From an uncultured delta proteobacterium (GTDB lineage: Bacteria; Myxococcota_A; Polyangia; Fen-1088), in the NCBI GenBank assembly GCA_963767925.1, contig CAVYGB010000013.1:128001-192000 (forward strand): a DNA stretch of 64,000 nucleotides, in the 5' to 3' direction. Below, in pieces: positions 19,366-28,709 of this stretch (positions are counted from its first letter, which is position 1; every line of letters starts with the position of its first letter). The position numbers were made by a program, and so were the translations under genes. The notes below the pieces were generated by a model. The model was not told the DNA's origin. It was given only the letters and a program-made list of their open reading frames with translations, and searched no databases.

Positions 19366-20658
19366 ATGAGAGACGCAGCTCGTTCGCCCAGGGCGGGGTT
19401 TCGAGGCGTGGTGGCGGTGCTCCTGACAGGCCTCCTGGTCCTGTCTTGCCGAGACAATTTGATCCCACCGGTCCCCGAGGAGGTGGACCCGGGTCCGGGC
19501 GTGCCCGCCCCGGCCGGCTCCGACGCCGCCCGGCCCGACACGGGAGGCCCCGGTCCCGACCCCGACCCGCGGCCGCTGCCCCCCTCCGACGCCCGCCCCC
19601 CGGACACGGCGGAAGGGGAGGGCCCCACCGATGGTCCCCTCGCCGCCGACGCCCCGTCGATCGATCCGCCGGCGCCCCCGCCCGACGCCGCACCTGCGCC
19701 TCCGCCCCCGGCCCCGCCGCCGAGTTGCGGCCTGCCCGGTGGCCCCTGCTGTCCCGATGACAGCTGCGCCGGGGATGCCTGCTGCGGCATCACCGTCGGC
19801 GGCGAGCCCCGCTGCGTCGCCCCCGGCGGCGCCTGCCGCCTGCCGGGCGGAGCCGCCGGCGGCACCTGCAACGCGGGCCTGTGTTCGGGCTGTGGCGCGG
19901 TCCTGAACCAGCTCTGCTGCCAGGGCGACACCTGCACCGGCGCCGGCCTCGTCTGCGGCGGTGACACCTGCGAGACCTGCGGCACCGCCGGCGGTGCCTG
20001 CTGTCCCGGCGCGACCTGCAACGCCAACCTGGCCTGCGTGGCCGGCGAGTGCGAAGCCTGCGGCGGTCGAGGCCAGCCCTGCTGCGCCGGCCGGGCCTGC
20101 AACGCCGGCGGCTGCTGCCTCGGCGCCGGCACCGGCACCTGCACGGCTGCCGGCCAGACCTGCCTCCAGCCGGGCCCCAACGGCGGCCAGTGCCAGGCCG
20201 GCCGCTGCAGCCTGTGCGGAAACGCCGACCAGGACTGCTGCTCCGGCGCCGTCTGTTACGGCGGCCGCGCGTGCGTCAGCGGCACCTGCGCCGGCTGCGG
20301 CACCACCGGCGGCCAGCGCTCCTGCCCGGGCCGGATCTGCAACCCCGGCCTCTGCGTCGCCGACGGCGCCACCTGCATCGCCCCCGGCGTCCTCTGCGGC
20401 CAGAATTCCGGCCGCTGCACCCCCGACGGCTCCTGCGTCGACGGGAACACCGCCTGCGGCGGCCTCGACCAACCCTGCTGCGGCGCCAACGCCCTCCCCG
20501 CCGGCGTCTATTGCTCCCGCCCCGGCACCATCTGCACCGGCCTCGGCCTCAACCGCCGCTGCACCGCCTGCGGCACCCCCGGCCAGCCCTGCTGCGAAGG
20601 CGACGTCTGCCAGACCGGCACCTGCCAGGGCCTCCTGCTCGACCGCACCTGCCGCTAG
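19366..20658 (+). CDS. Cys-rich repeat lipoprotein
   Basis: Lipobox LVLSC, Pro/Asp-rich linker, repeated CGxxG(Q)PCC modules. Confidence 0.8.
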   Translation: MRDAARSPRAGFRGVVAVLLTGLLVLSCRDNLIPPVPEEVDPGPGVPAPAGSDAARPDTGGPGPDPDPRPLPPSDARPPDTAEGEGPTDGPLAADAPSIDPPAPPPDAAPAPPPPAPPPSCGLPGGPCCPDDSCAGDACCGITVGGEPRCVAPGGACRLPGGAAGGTCNAGLCSGCGAVLNQLCCQGDTCTGAGLVCGGDTCETCGTAGGACCPGATCNANLACVAGECEACGGRGQPCCAGRACNAGGCCLGAGTGTCTAAGQTCLQPGPNGGQCQAGRCSLCGNADQDCCSGAVCYGGRACVSGTCAGCGTTGGQRSCPGRICNPGLCVADGATCIAPGVLCGQNSGRCTPDGSCVDGNTACGGLDQPCCGANALPAGVYCSRPGTICTGLGLNRRCTACGTPGQPCCEGDVCQTGTCQGLLLDRTCR

Positions 20659-20763
20659 CAGCCCATCGAACGCGTCCTCGTCCCGAGGTGAACGGAGGAC
20701 GAGCACGTGAGTCGTGCAGGTCTGACGGATCCCGTCCCCCGTCCGGCGCGCCCCCCTCACCGC

Positions 20764-23700
20764 CTACGGCGGACACACATTCGCCACCCCCTTGCTGGCC
20801 ACCATTGCCACGAACCCCCCCGTCCCATCCGGACACCGCCCCACCGACGACACGTGCTCGGTCCACCCATACCGATCGACAACCCGCCCATTCGGGTCAT
20901 GCAGAGATCACCGCATCCGCTGCCCCCAGCCCGAACGGGAAATCCACATTCTGCTCGCGCACGAGCAACCCCCCCGGCGCCACCGTGGTCCCGGCCGGGA
21001 ACGTGTACACGTGACCGATCCCCGTCTCCGCATCGGTGAAGAACCACCCCGTCAGATCGACCGCCTCCGTCCCCGGGTTCCATAGCTCCACCCAGTCCGG
21101 ATTGGGATTCGACGCCACCTCGTTGAGGACGATCGTGCCCACCACCGGCACCGGCGGCGGAGGCGGAGGAGGTGGCGGCGGGGGAGGGGGAGGGGGAGGC
21201 GGCGGCACCGGCGCCAGCGGCAGCGGCAACCGCCCGAGCCGGTAGAAGAACGCCGCCTCCTCGCCCCCGTCGTTGTCGTTGGCCACGAACGTCCCCCGCG
21301 GCGTCGGGATGACGCTCTCGACCTTCTCGAAATCGAACCGGAACGGCGTATCGAGCAGGTCCACCGCCAGCACCTTGTCGATCGGGTCCGCGCTCAGGTT
21401 GGCCGTGCCGCTGCTCAGGCGAAACGTGTAGATCCGCTTGACCGCCGCGCTCCCCGTGCGCCGCTGGTCTCGCTCGAGCACCGAGAAGACGTCCCCCTCG
21501 AGGTGCGTGATCTCCGACAGCACGATGGCGTTGCGCGCGCCCGCGAGATCGGGCTGCAGCGGGTAGAAGTAGAAGCTCCAGGCGTTCGCGTCGACGTCGT
21601 ATTCGCCGATGCGGGTCAGCCCCGGCGGGTCGACATTGCCCGACAGCGGCCGCTGGATCACGGTGTAGACCTTCACCCCGCCCGCCGCCGCCCCGTTCGC
21701 GTCGATGGTTGTCACCCCCTCGAACCCGTTGCCGGTCAGCCGGGTCCAGTCGAGCCCGTTGGCCTCGCCGGTCGCCGCGCAGGGCAGATCGACGATGCCG
21801 TCGCCCCCGCCGTACGCCGGATCGAGCCGCCCCGTGGCAGCGACGAAAAGCAGGCGGTTGCGCTGCTTCTCGCTGCCGCCGGGGCCGGTCACGCAGGCCG
21901 CGTCGCTGCCGCCGTTGGCCGGGGTCCCCTCGCTGGCCAGGACGTACCCGCCGGCCGGGTTGAGCGCCAGCCCCTCGGGGTCGTAGCCCTCGAGCGGTCC
22001 GCCGTCGGCCGCCTCGAGCAGCAGCTCGTCGACGAGCTTCATGCCCCGCCCCGACTCGTCCTCCTGGAAGGTCCAGATCCGCTGGCGGGCGAAGGCGACG
22101 TCGGGCAGGACGATCACCTGCTTGGCCACCCCGTTCCAGGCGCCGCCGCTGATCGCCCCGAAGGGACGCCCGTCGCTGCGCGCCTGCAGCAGGTTGTCGG
22201 GGAAGGTCTGCACCTCCTCCGCCCGGGTCACCCCCTGGTAGATCCACACCCCCCCGCCCAGGAACGCATCGGTCGCGGCGCCGTCGTTGGGCCCTTCCCC
22301 CGCCACCACCACCAGGTTCCGGCCCGGGATCGCCACCACCCCCTCGGGCCGGAAGGGCGCCGGCAGCACCTGCACCAGCTCGGGCCGCGCCGGATCGTCG
22401 ACCCGGGCGACGAACAGCGAGCTGTTGCGCTCGCCCAGCAGGAAGGCGTATTCGGCGCCGCCGAAGCGGGCGGCGGCGCACCCCTCCACCTCGATGCCCC
22501 GGGCCCCCGAGCGCGAATCGGGGTATTGCCCGAAGCGGGCGGCCAGCCGCTCGAGCGCCGGCCCCGAATCGAAGCGCAGCGCCCCCTCGAGGTCGAAGAC
22601 CGAGAAGCCGCGGCCGCCCGCGAGCTGCCCGTCCGCGGGGGCCGAGTCCCCCTCGTTGGCGGTGAGGAAGTGCCGGCCGTCGGCCAGAAGGCAGATCGAG
22701 TCGGCCTCCCGGCGCCCCACGAACGGCTGATCGAGCGCGATCTCGCCGTTGGCGGTGGTGTCGCCGCGGCTCGCGACCGTCCCCAGATCCAGATAGCGCT
22801 CGATCCGCTCCTGCAGGAGGTCGACCACCGCCACGACGTTGTTCTCCTGCAGCGACACGAGGGCCCGGGTCCCGTCGCGCGAGATGTCGACGAACTCCGG
22901 CTGGGGATCGGTCCGATGGTTCCCCACCGGCGGCGCGACCGCCAGGGTGGCCACCGCCGACCGGCCCGGGTCGGCGTAGTCGAGGGTGACGATCTGGATG
23001 GCGCCCGGCCGACCGGCGGCGGCCGACTCGTCCTCGATCGCCACCACCGCGCGCAACCCGTCGGGCGTGAGGCGCAGGCTGTCGGGGCCCACCCCCAGCG
23101 GCACCCGGGCCACCACCCCCTCCGCCGGCTGCGCGAGGTCGATGAAGGCCAATGCCCCGGGGTTGGCCAGCGCCGGGGCGCTCGCGTCGAGCACCGCCGC
23201 CAGCGCGTAGCGCCCGTTGGGCGTGACCGCCACCGAGGTGATCGAGCCGGCGCCGGGCGTGCCCACCACGTTGCGGACGTCGGCGATCGCCAGCAGGCGC
23301 GGGGCGCGCGGGTCGGAGATGTCGAGCACCTCGACCGTGTTGGTGATGCCGTTCGAATAGACGACGGTGTTGCCGTCGGGCGTGGCCGCCACCGTCTCGG
23401 CCGCCGGGCCGGTGGGCGAGGCGTGGCGCCCCACCAGCCGGAAGCCCACGACCTCCGCCGGTCCGGCCTGGCACAGGTATCGAGTCTGGCTCACCTCGCC
23501 GGCGTCGAGCGTCCCGTCGCCGTCCGCGTCGACGCCGCTGCTGACCCGCAGGCCCCCGCCGGGGCAGTTGTCGCCGGGCGGCTCGTCGGCGAGATCGATC
23601 AGCGCCCGCTCGCCGGGAGGGCCGGGTGGTCCCGGGGGGCCGGGTGGTCCTCGCGGCCCCCGCGGCCCGCGCGGACCCCGGGGCCCCTGGTGCCCGGCCA

Positions 23701-23977
23701 GCACCACCACCTCGTCGGGGTCGGTCAGCGTCCGGGCCAGCACCCGATCCATCGCCGAGGCGTCGCAGGTGTAGGTGACCGCGTCCACCTCCCACTCCGA
23801 GAGCAGCCCGTCGCGATCGTCGTCCATGCCGGCGCGGATGGCCTGTCCCCCGCGCGCGCAGTTGTCCCCCGCCGGCTCGGGGACGATCTCCAGCAGCGAC
23901 ACCCGCTTGCGCGAGCCGCCACAGCCACCGAGCAGCAGGAGGACGAGACCGGTCTGGACCAGGACGGCAAGGCGCAT
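20764..23977 (-). CDS. Mosaic lipoprotein: collagen-like segment, beta-propeller alkaline-phosphatase-like domain, phytase-like domain, poly-Pro linker, lamin-tail domain (one frameshift near 20905)
   Basis: Lipobox LLGGC; (GPR)3(GPP)3; PQPEFV, VSLQENN, LTANEGD, GFEGV, VANDND; LTD start IVLNEV...DWVELWN continues after a 1-nt shift as LHDPNGRVVDRYGWTEH...GRCPDGTG...NVCPP*. Confidence 0.75.
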
Positions 23978-24140
23978 CGCAACCTCCATCGGGAGCCGGG
24001 AACCGCCACCCGTTATCGCAAGGGAAAAGCGGAGGGTGGTGTGACAGCTCGGACCCGGATCCGCCAACCACCACCCCCCCCAAGGACAAACGCGCGCGAC
24101 GTTGCCTATTCCCTCCCCTGAGATAGGCTGTCGCCTCCCG

Positions 24141-25118
24141 ATGTCGCTGACGACCCCCTCGGCCGTGTTCGCCCTCGCCGTCGTGCTGGCCGCGCCGTCC
24201 CTGCGCGCCGAGGAGTTCCCCCGAAAGCCGATCACCTTGATCGTGCCCTTCTCGGCCGGGGGGCCCACCGACACCGTCAGCCGGCTGGTGGCCCAGGGCA
24301 TGTCGAAGTCGCTCGGCAAGCAGGTGGTGATCGAGAACGTCGGCGGCGCCGGCGGCACCATCGGCGCCGGCCGGGTCGCGCGCGCCGCGGGCGACGGCTA
24401 CACCCTGCTGCTCCACCACATCGGGATGGCCACCGCCCCCGCCCTCTACCGCAAGCTCCCGTTCAAGGTCCCCGACGACTTCGCGCCCATCGGCCTGGTC
24501 GCCGACGTCCCGATGACCCTGGTGGCGCGCAAGGACTTCCCGGCCACGGACCTGCCCGAGCTGCTGGCCCACGTCCGGCAGAACCGGGACAAGGTCACCT
24601 ACGCCAACGCCGGCATCGGCTCGGCCTCGCACCTGTGTGGGCTGCTCCTGATGAGCGCCATCAAGACCGACCTCACCACCGTGCCCTACAAGGGGACCGG
24701 CCCGGCCATGAACGATCTGCTGGGCCAGCAGGTCGACTTCATGTGCGACCAGACAACCAACACAACCAGCCAGATCAAGGCCGGCAAGGTGAAGGCCTAC
24801 GGCGTGACAACCCGCCGCCCGGTCCCCTCGCTGCCCCAGCTCAAGCCGCTGCACGACAGCGGGCTGCCCGGCTTCGAGGTGGTGATCTGGCACGGCCTCT
24901 ACGCCCCCAAGGGCACCCCCCAGCCGGTGATCGATCGGCTGTCCCGCGTGCTCGGCGAGGTGCTGCAGGACCGCACCCTCGCCACCCGCCTGCGCGACCT
25001 CGGCAGCGAGCCCGCCGCCCGGGAGCGGGCCACGCCCGACGCCCTGCGGACGCTGCTCCGGTCGGAGCTCGACCGCTGGGGTGGCATCATCCGGCAGGCC
25101 GGCGTGTACGCCGATTGA
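24141..25118 (+). CDS. tctC: Tripartite tricarboxylate transporter substrate-binding protein (Bug/TctC)
   Basis: PITLIVPFSAGGPTD, VIENVGGAGG, DGYTLL, VPYKGTGPA, WHGLYAPKGTP. Confidence 0.93.
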   Translation: MSLTTPSAVFALAVVLAAPSLRAEEFPRKPITLIVPFSAGGPTDTVSRLVAQGMSKSLGKQVVIENVGGAGGTIGAGRVARAAGDGYTLLLHHIGMATAPALYRKLPFKVPDDFAPIGLVADVPMTLVARKDFPATDLPELLAHVRQNRDKVTYANAGIGSASHLCGLLLMSAIKTDLTTVPYKGTGPAMNDLLGQQVDFMCDQTTNTTSQIKAGKVKAYGVTTRRPVPSLPQLKPLHDSGLPGFEVVIWHGLYAPKGTPQPVIDRLSRVLGEVLQDRTLATRLRDLGSEPAARERATPDALRTLLRSELDRWGGIIRQAGVYAD

Positions 25119-25129
25119 ACGGATCGAAG

Positions 25130-25597
25130 ATGCCGCTGGCTCTCGACCGCAAGGACCTCGGCGCCGGCGCGTTGTTCCTCGGGTTCGGTCTGGCCACCGT
25201 GCTGCTGGGCCGTGACCTGCCGATGGGGACGGCCGTCCGCATGGGCCCGGGCTACTTTCCCACCGTGCTCGGCGTGCTGCTGGCGCTGATCGGCCTCGCC
25301 GTCCTGCTGCGTGCCCTCCTGCGCAAGCCGTCCCCGTCCCCGTCCTCGCCGCCCTTCGCCTGGAAGCCGCTGCTCCTCATCACCGGCGCCACCGCGCTGT
25401 TCGGCCTCCTCCTCCGGGGGGCCGGCCTGGCCCTCGCGACCGCCGCGCTCGTCCTCACCTCGGCCTGGGCGAGCCCCCGCTTCTCCTGGCGAGCGGCGGT
25501 GCCGCTGGCCCTGGCCGCGGCGGTCTTCTGCGCGCTGGTCTTCGTGCGGGCCCTCGGCGTGCCCATGCCCATCTTCGGTCACTGGTTCGGCAGCTAA
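25130..25597 (+). CDS. tctB: TTT transporter small membrane subunit TctB
   Basis: MGTAVRMGPGYFP motif, about 4-5 TM segments, between tctC and tctA. Confidence 0.9.
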   Translation: MPLALDRKDLGAGALFLGFGLATVLLGRDLPMGTAVRMGPGYFPTVLGVLLALIGLAVLLRALLRKPSPSPSSPPFAWKPLLLITGATALFGLLLRGAGLALATAALVLTSAWASPRFSWRAAVPLALAAAVFCALVFVRALGVPMPIFGHWFGS

Positions 25598-25617
25598 AGG
25601 GACTGGGCGTCGATCGC

Positions 25618-27120
25618 GTGGACCTCCTCGCCAACCTGTCGCTGGGCCTGCAGACGGCGGTCACGCTGACCAACCTGACCGTCTGCTTCGCCGGCGTGTT
25701 GCTCGGCACGCTGGTGGGCGTCCTGCCCGGCCTGGGGCCGGTGGCCACCATCGCCATGTTGCTGCCCGCCACCTTCAACCTGCCGCCGGTCTCCGCCCTG
25801 ATCATGCTGGCCGGCATCTATTACGGCGCGCAATACGGGGGCTCGACAACCGCCATCCTCATCAACCTGCCCGGCGAGTCCTCCTCGGTCGTCACCGCAC
25901 TCGACGGTCATCAAATGGCCCGGCAGGGGCGCGCGGGCCTGGCCCTGGCCACCGCGGCCATCGCCTCCTTCGTGGCCGGCACCATCGCCACCCTGCTGCT
26001 GGCGCTGTCCGGGCCCGCCCTGGCCGAGGTCGCGCTGGCCTTCGGCCCCGCCGAATATTTCGCCCTCATGGTGCTGGGGCTGGTGGCCTCGATCGTGCTC
26101 GCTCAGGGATCGCTGCTCAAGGCGGTCGGCATGATCACCCTGGGCCTGCTGCTCGGGCTGTGCGGCACCGACGTCAACACCGGGGCCCCCCGCTTCACCT
26201 TCGGGGCCGCCGAGCTGGCCGAGGGGATCGGCTTCGTCGTGGTGGGGATGGGCGTGTTCGGGCTGGGCGAGATCGTGCGCAACCTGGAGGGCCCGGCCAC
26301 CCGCCCCATCGTGATCGCCTCCGTCACTGGCCTTCTGCCCGGCCGGGAGGACTGGAAGCGCATCGTGGGCCCCATCCTGCGCGGCACCGGGCTGGGGTCG
26401 CTGCTGGGGATCCTCCCGGGCGGAGGGGCCATGCTGGCCTCCTTCGCCGCCTACTCCCTGGAGAAGAAGCTGGCGCGCGAGCCGGGCCGGTTCGGCAAGG
26501 GCGCCATCGAGGGGGTGGCCGCGCCCGAGGCGGCCAACAACGCCGGCGCCCAGATGTCGTTCGTCCCGATGTTGACCCTCGGGCTCCCCTCCAACCCGGT
26601 CATGGCGCTCATGATCGGGGCCCTCATCCTGCATGGGATCCAGCCCGGCCCCTCGGTCATGAGCGAGCAGCCGGCCCTGTTCTGGGGCGTGATCGTGTCG
26701 ATGTGGATCGGCAACCTGCTGCTGGTGATCCTCAACCTGCCGCTGGTCGGCCTGTGGGCCCGCCTGGTGCGCGCGCCTTACCACCTGCTCTACCCGATCA
26801 TCCTCGTGTTCTGCGCGGTCGGCGCCTTCAGCCTGAGCAACCGGGAGCTCGACGTCTTCCTGATGGCCGGCTTCGGCCTGCTCGGCTACCTGTTCGTCCG
26901 GCTCGAGTGCGAGCCGGCCCCGCTGTTGCTCGGCTTCATCCTGGGGCCGATGATGGAGGAGTACCTGCGGCGGGCGCTGCTCATCGCTCGCGGCGACGCC
27001 AGCGTGTTCGTGCGCCGGCCGATCAGCGCCGTGCTGCTGCTGGTGGCGCTGGTCGCGCTGCTGGGGGCCCTCGGCCCCCGCGCCCGGCGCGGCCGGGCGG
27101 TCGCCTTCCGGGCCGAATAG
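25618..27120 (+). CDS. tctA: TTT transporter large permease TctA
   Basis: GVLPGLG, GIYYGAQYGGSTTAILINLPGE, PEAANNA, TLGLPSN. Confidence 0.95.
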   Translation: MDLLANLSLGLQTAVTLTNLTVCFAGVLLGTLVGVLPGLGPVATIAMLLPATFNLPPVSALIMLAGIYYGAQYGGSTTAILINLPGESSSVVTALDGHQMARQGRAGLALATAAIASFVAGTIATLLLALSGPALAEVALAFGPAEYFALMVLGLVASIVLAQGSLLKAVGMITLGLLLGLCGTDVNTGAPRFTFGAAELAEGIGFVVVGMGVFGLGEIVRNLEGPATRPIVIASVTGLLPGREDWKRIVGPILRGTGLGSLLGILPGGGAMLASFAAYSLEKKLAREPGRFGKGAIEGVAAPEAANNAGAQMSFVPMLTLGLPSNPVMALMIGALILHGIQPGPSVMSEQPALFWGVIVSMWIGNLLLVILNLPLVGLWARLVRAPYHLLYPIILVFCAVGAFSLSNRELDVFLMAGFGLLGYLFVRLECEPAPLLLGFILGPMMEEYLRRALLIARGDASVFVRRPISAVLLLVALVALLGALGPRARRGRAVAFRAE

Positions 27121-27138
27121 CCACCCGCCGGTGGGCGA

Positions 27139-27484
27139 TCAGGGCGATTGGTCGGGGCTGCCCTCGCCCAGGGGCTCTTCCTGGGTCGAGACGTCGATGC
27201 TGATCAGCCGGTGCTCGTCGGGGTCGAGGCGCCAGTGGATGAACACCGGCTTCTCGGTGTTGCACACCCGGTAGACCGCGTCGAAGTCGGAGGCGGGCAG
27301 GTTGGCGGTGAGAAAGCCGGTCGCCTGGTTGAGAAAACCGAGCTGGGACGGCGGCTTCTCCTGGAAGAACAGCGAGACGGAGGCGACCCCTTCGGTGGGG
27401 GTCTCATGCCCAGGGTGATCCAACGGCATGGTCCGGTCCTGGCCGAACGCACGATTCCACCTTGTAATTGAGGATGGCTGGCAT
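27139..27484 (-). CDS. Small hypothetical protein, apparently split by two single-base deletions
   Basis: RBS-led MPAILNYKVE joins IVRSARTGPCRWITLGMRPP and then TEGVASVSLFF...NTEKPVFIHW...EEPLGEG if one A and one C are restored in short homopolymers. Confidence 0.5.
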
Positions 27485-27598
27485 GAATGACTCTCCCTGC
27501 CGACATTTCCTCTCACGCGCCCCGACATGTCAATCGTGCCCGCCGTCCAGCCGCTGGTTCCCGCCGGGTGGTACGATCCAGGGCACAGGGAGGTCCAG

Positions 27599-27943
27599 AT
27601 GATATTCAGGGCTCTCGTCCCGATCGCCCTCGCGGCCGGGCTGCTCGCCGCCGGCCCGGTCCAGGCCGCCGACCAGGCCGCCGTCGAGCGGCGGCAGGCC
27701 CAGATGAAGGCGCGCATCGACGCCCACGGCGCCGCCCTCGCCGCCCGCCAGGCGCAAGCCCGGGCCGAGCTCGCCGCGCGGGGCGCCGCCCTCGAGGCCC
27801 GCCGGCAGGTCGCCCGCCCGCGCCTCGCCGCCCACCAGGCCGCCGTCGATCGCACCCGCGCCGAGGTCCGCCAGGAGCTGGCCCGGCACAGCGCCGCCCA
27901 GGAGCAGCGCCGGGCGCGCGCCCGCGCCCAGCTCACCCGCTGA
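27599..27943 (+). CDS. Secreted Ala/Arg/Gln-rich coiled-coil hypothetical protein
   Basis: GGAGG RBS, signal peptide MIFRALVPIALAAGLLAAGPVQA, helical composition. Confidence 0.65.
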   Translation: MIFRALVPIALAAGLLAAGPVQAADQAAVERRQAQMKARIDAHGAALAARQAQARAELAARGAALEARRQVARPRLAAHQAAVDRTRAEVRQELARHSAAQEQRRARARAQLTR

Positions 27944-28145
27944 GCGATCGAGCTGTCACGAGACGTGACAGGCCCCTCGGCCCCCGCCGACCCTCTCGCC
28001 CGGCGGAGCGCCCCGCGCTCTCGGGGGCCCTGTGGGGACCTGGGAGGCCGCGCTGGCCGCGCCGCCGGCAGCTTCGCGGCCACACCGCTGTCGCCTCGCC
28101 GGCGCCGATCGGGCATCATGCTGACTTCGCCAACGAGAGACACGG

Positions 28146-28706
28146 ATGAGGATCGCGCCGGCAGCTTTCGAGGGGGTCTTTCTGCTCGACATCGAGCCAC
28201 GGGAGGACGAACGCGGGTTCCTGGCCCGCACCTTCAGCAGCGAGGAGCTAGGCGCCTTCGGCATGCAGACCCAGGTCGCGCAGGCTCAGATCTCGCTGAC
28301 CGCCCGCCAGGGGACCGTGCGGGGCCTGTATTTCCACCGCGCCTCGGCCCGCACCACCCAGTCCGGCCAGCCTCCCGCCGACACGCGGCTGGTGCGCTGC
28401 ACGCACGGCCGGGTCTTCGACGTCGTCGTCGACCTCCGCCCCGGCTCGCCGACCTTCAAGCGCTGGGACGCCATCGAGCTGTCGGCGGCCAACCACCGCT
28501 CGCTCTACATCCCCGGGGGCTTCGCCCACGGCTACCAGACGCTGAGCGAGGGGGTGGAGCTACTCTATCTGCTGGGAGGCTCGTACCCGCCCGAGCCCAC
28601 CAGCGGCTTCCGCTACGACGACCCGGCCTTCGCCATCCCCTGGCCCGAGCCGGTCACCCTCGTCTCGCCGGCCGACCTGGCCTTCCCGACCTTCGAGGCG
28701 AGCTGA
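28146..28706 (+). CDS. rfbC: dTDP-4-dehydrorhamnose 3,5-epimerase (RmlC) family protein
   Basis: DERGFLARTF, GTVRGL, LVRC..G.VFDVVVDLR..SPTF, YIPGGFAHGYQTL, DDPAFAIPWP. Confidence 0.85.
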   Translation: MRIAPAAFEGVFLLDIEPREDERGFLARTFSSEELGAFGMQTQVAQAQISLTARQGTVRGLYFHRASARTTQSGQPPADTRLVRCTHGRVFDVVVDLRPGSPTFKRWDAIELSAANHRSLYIPGGFAHGYQTLSEGVELLYLLGGSYPPEPTSGFRYDDPAFAIPWPEPVTLVSPADLAFPTFEAS

Positions 28707-28709
28707 TCC

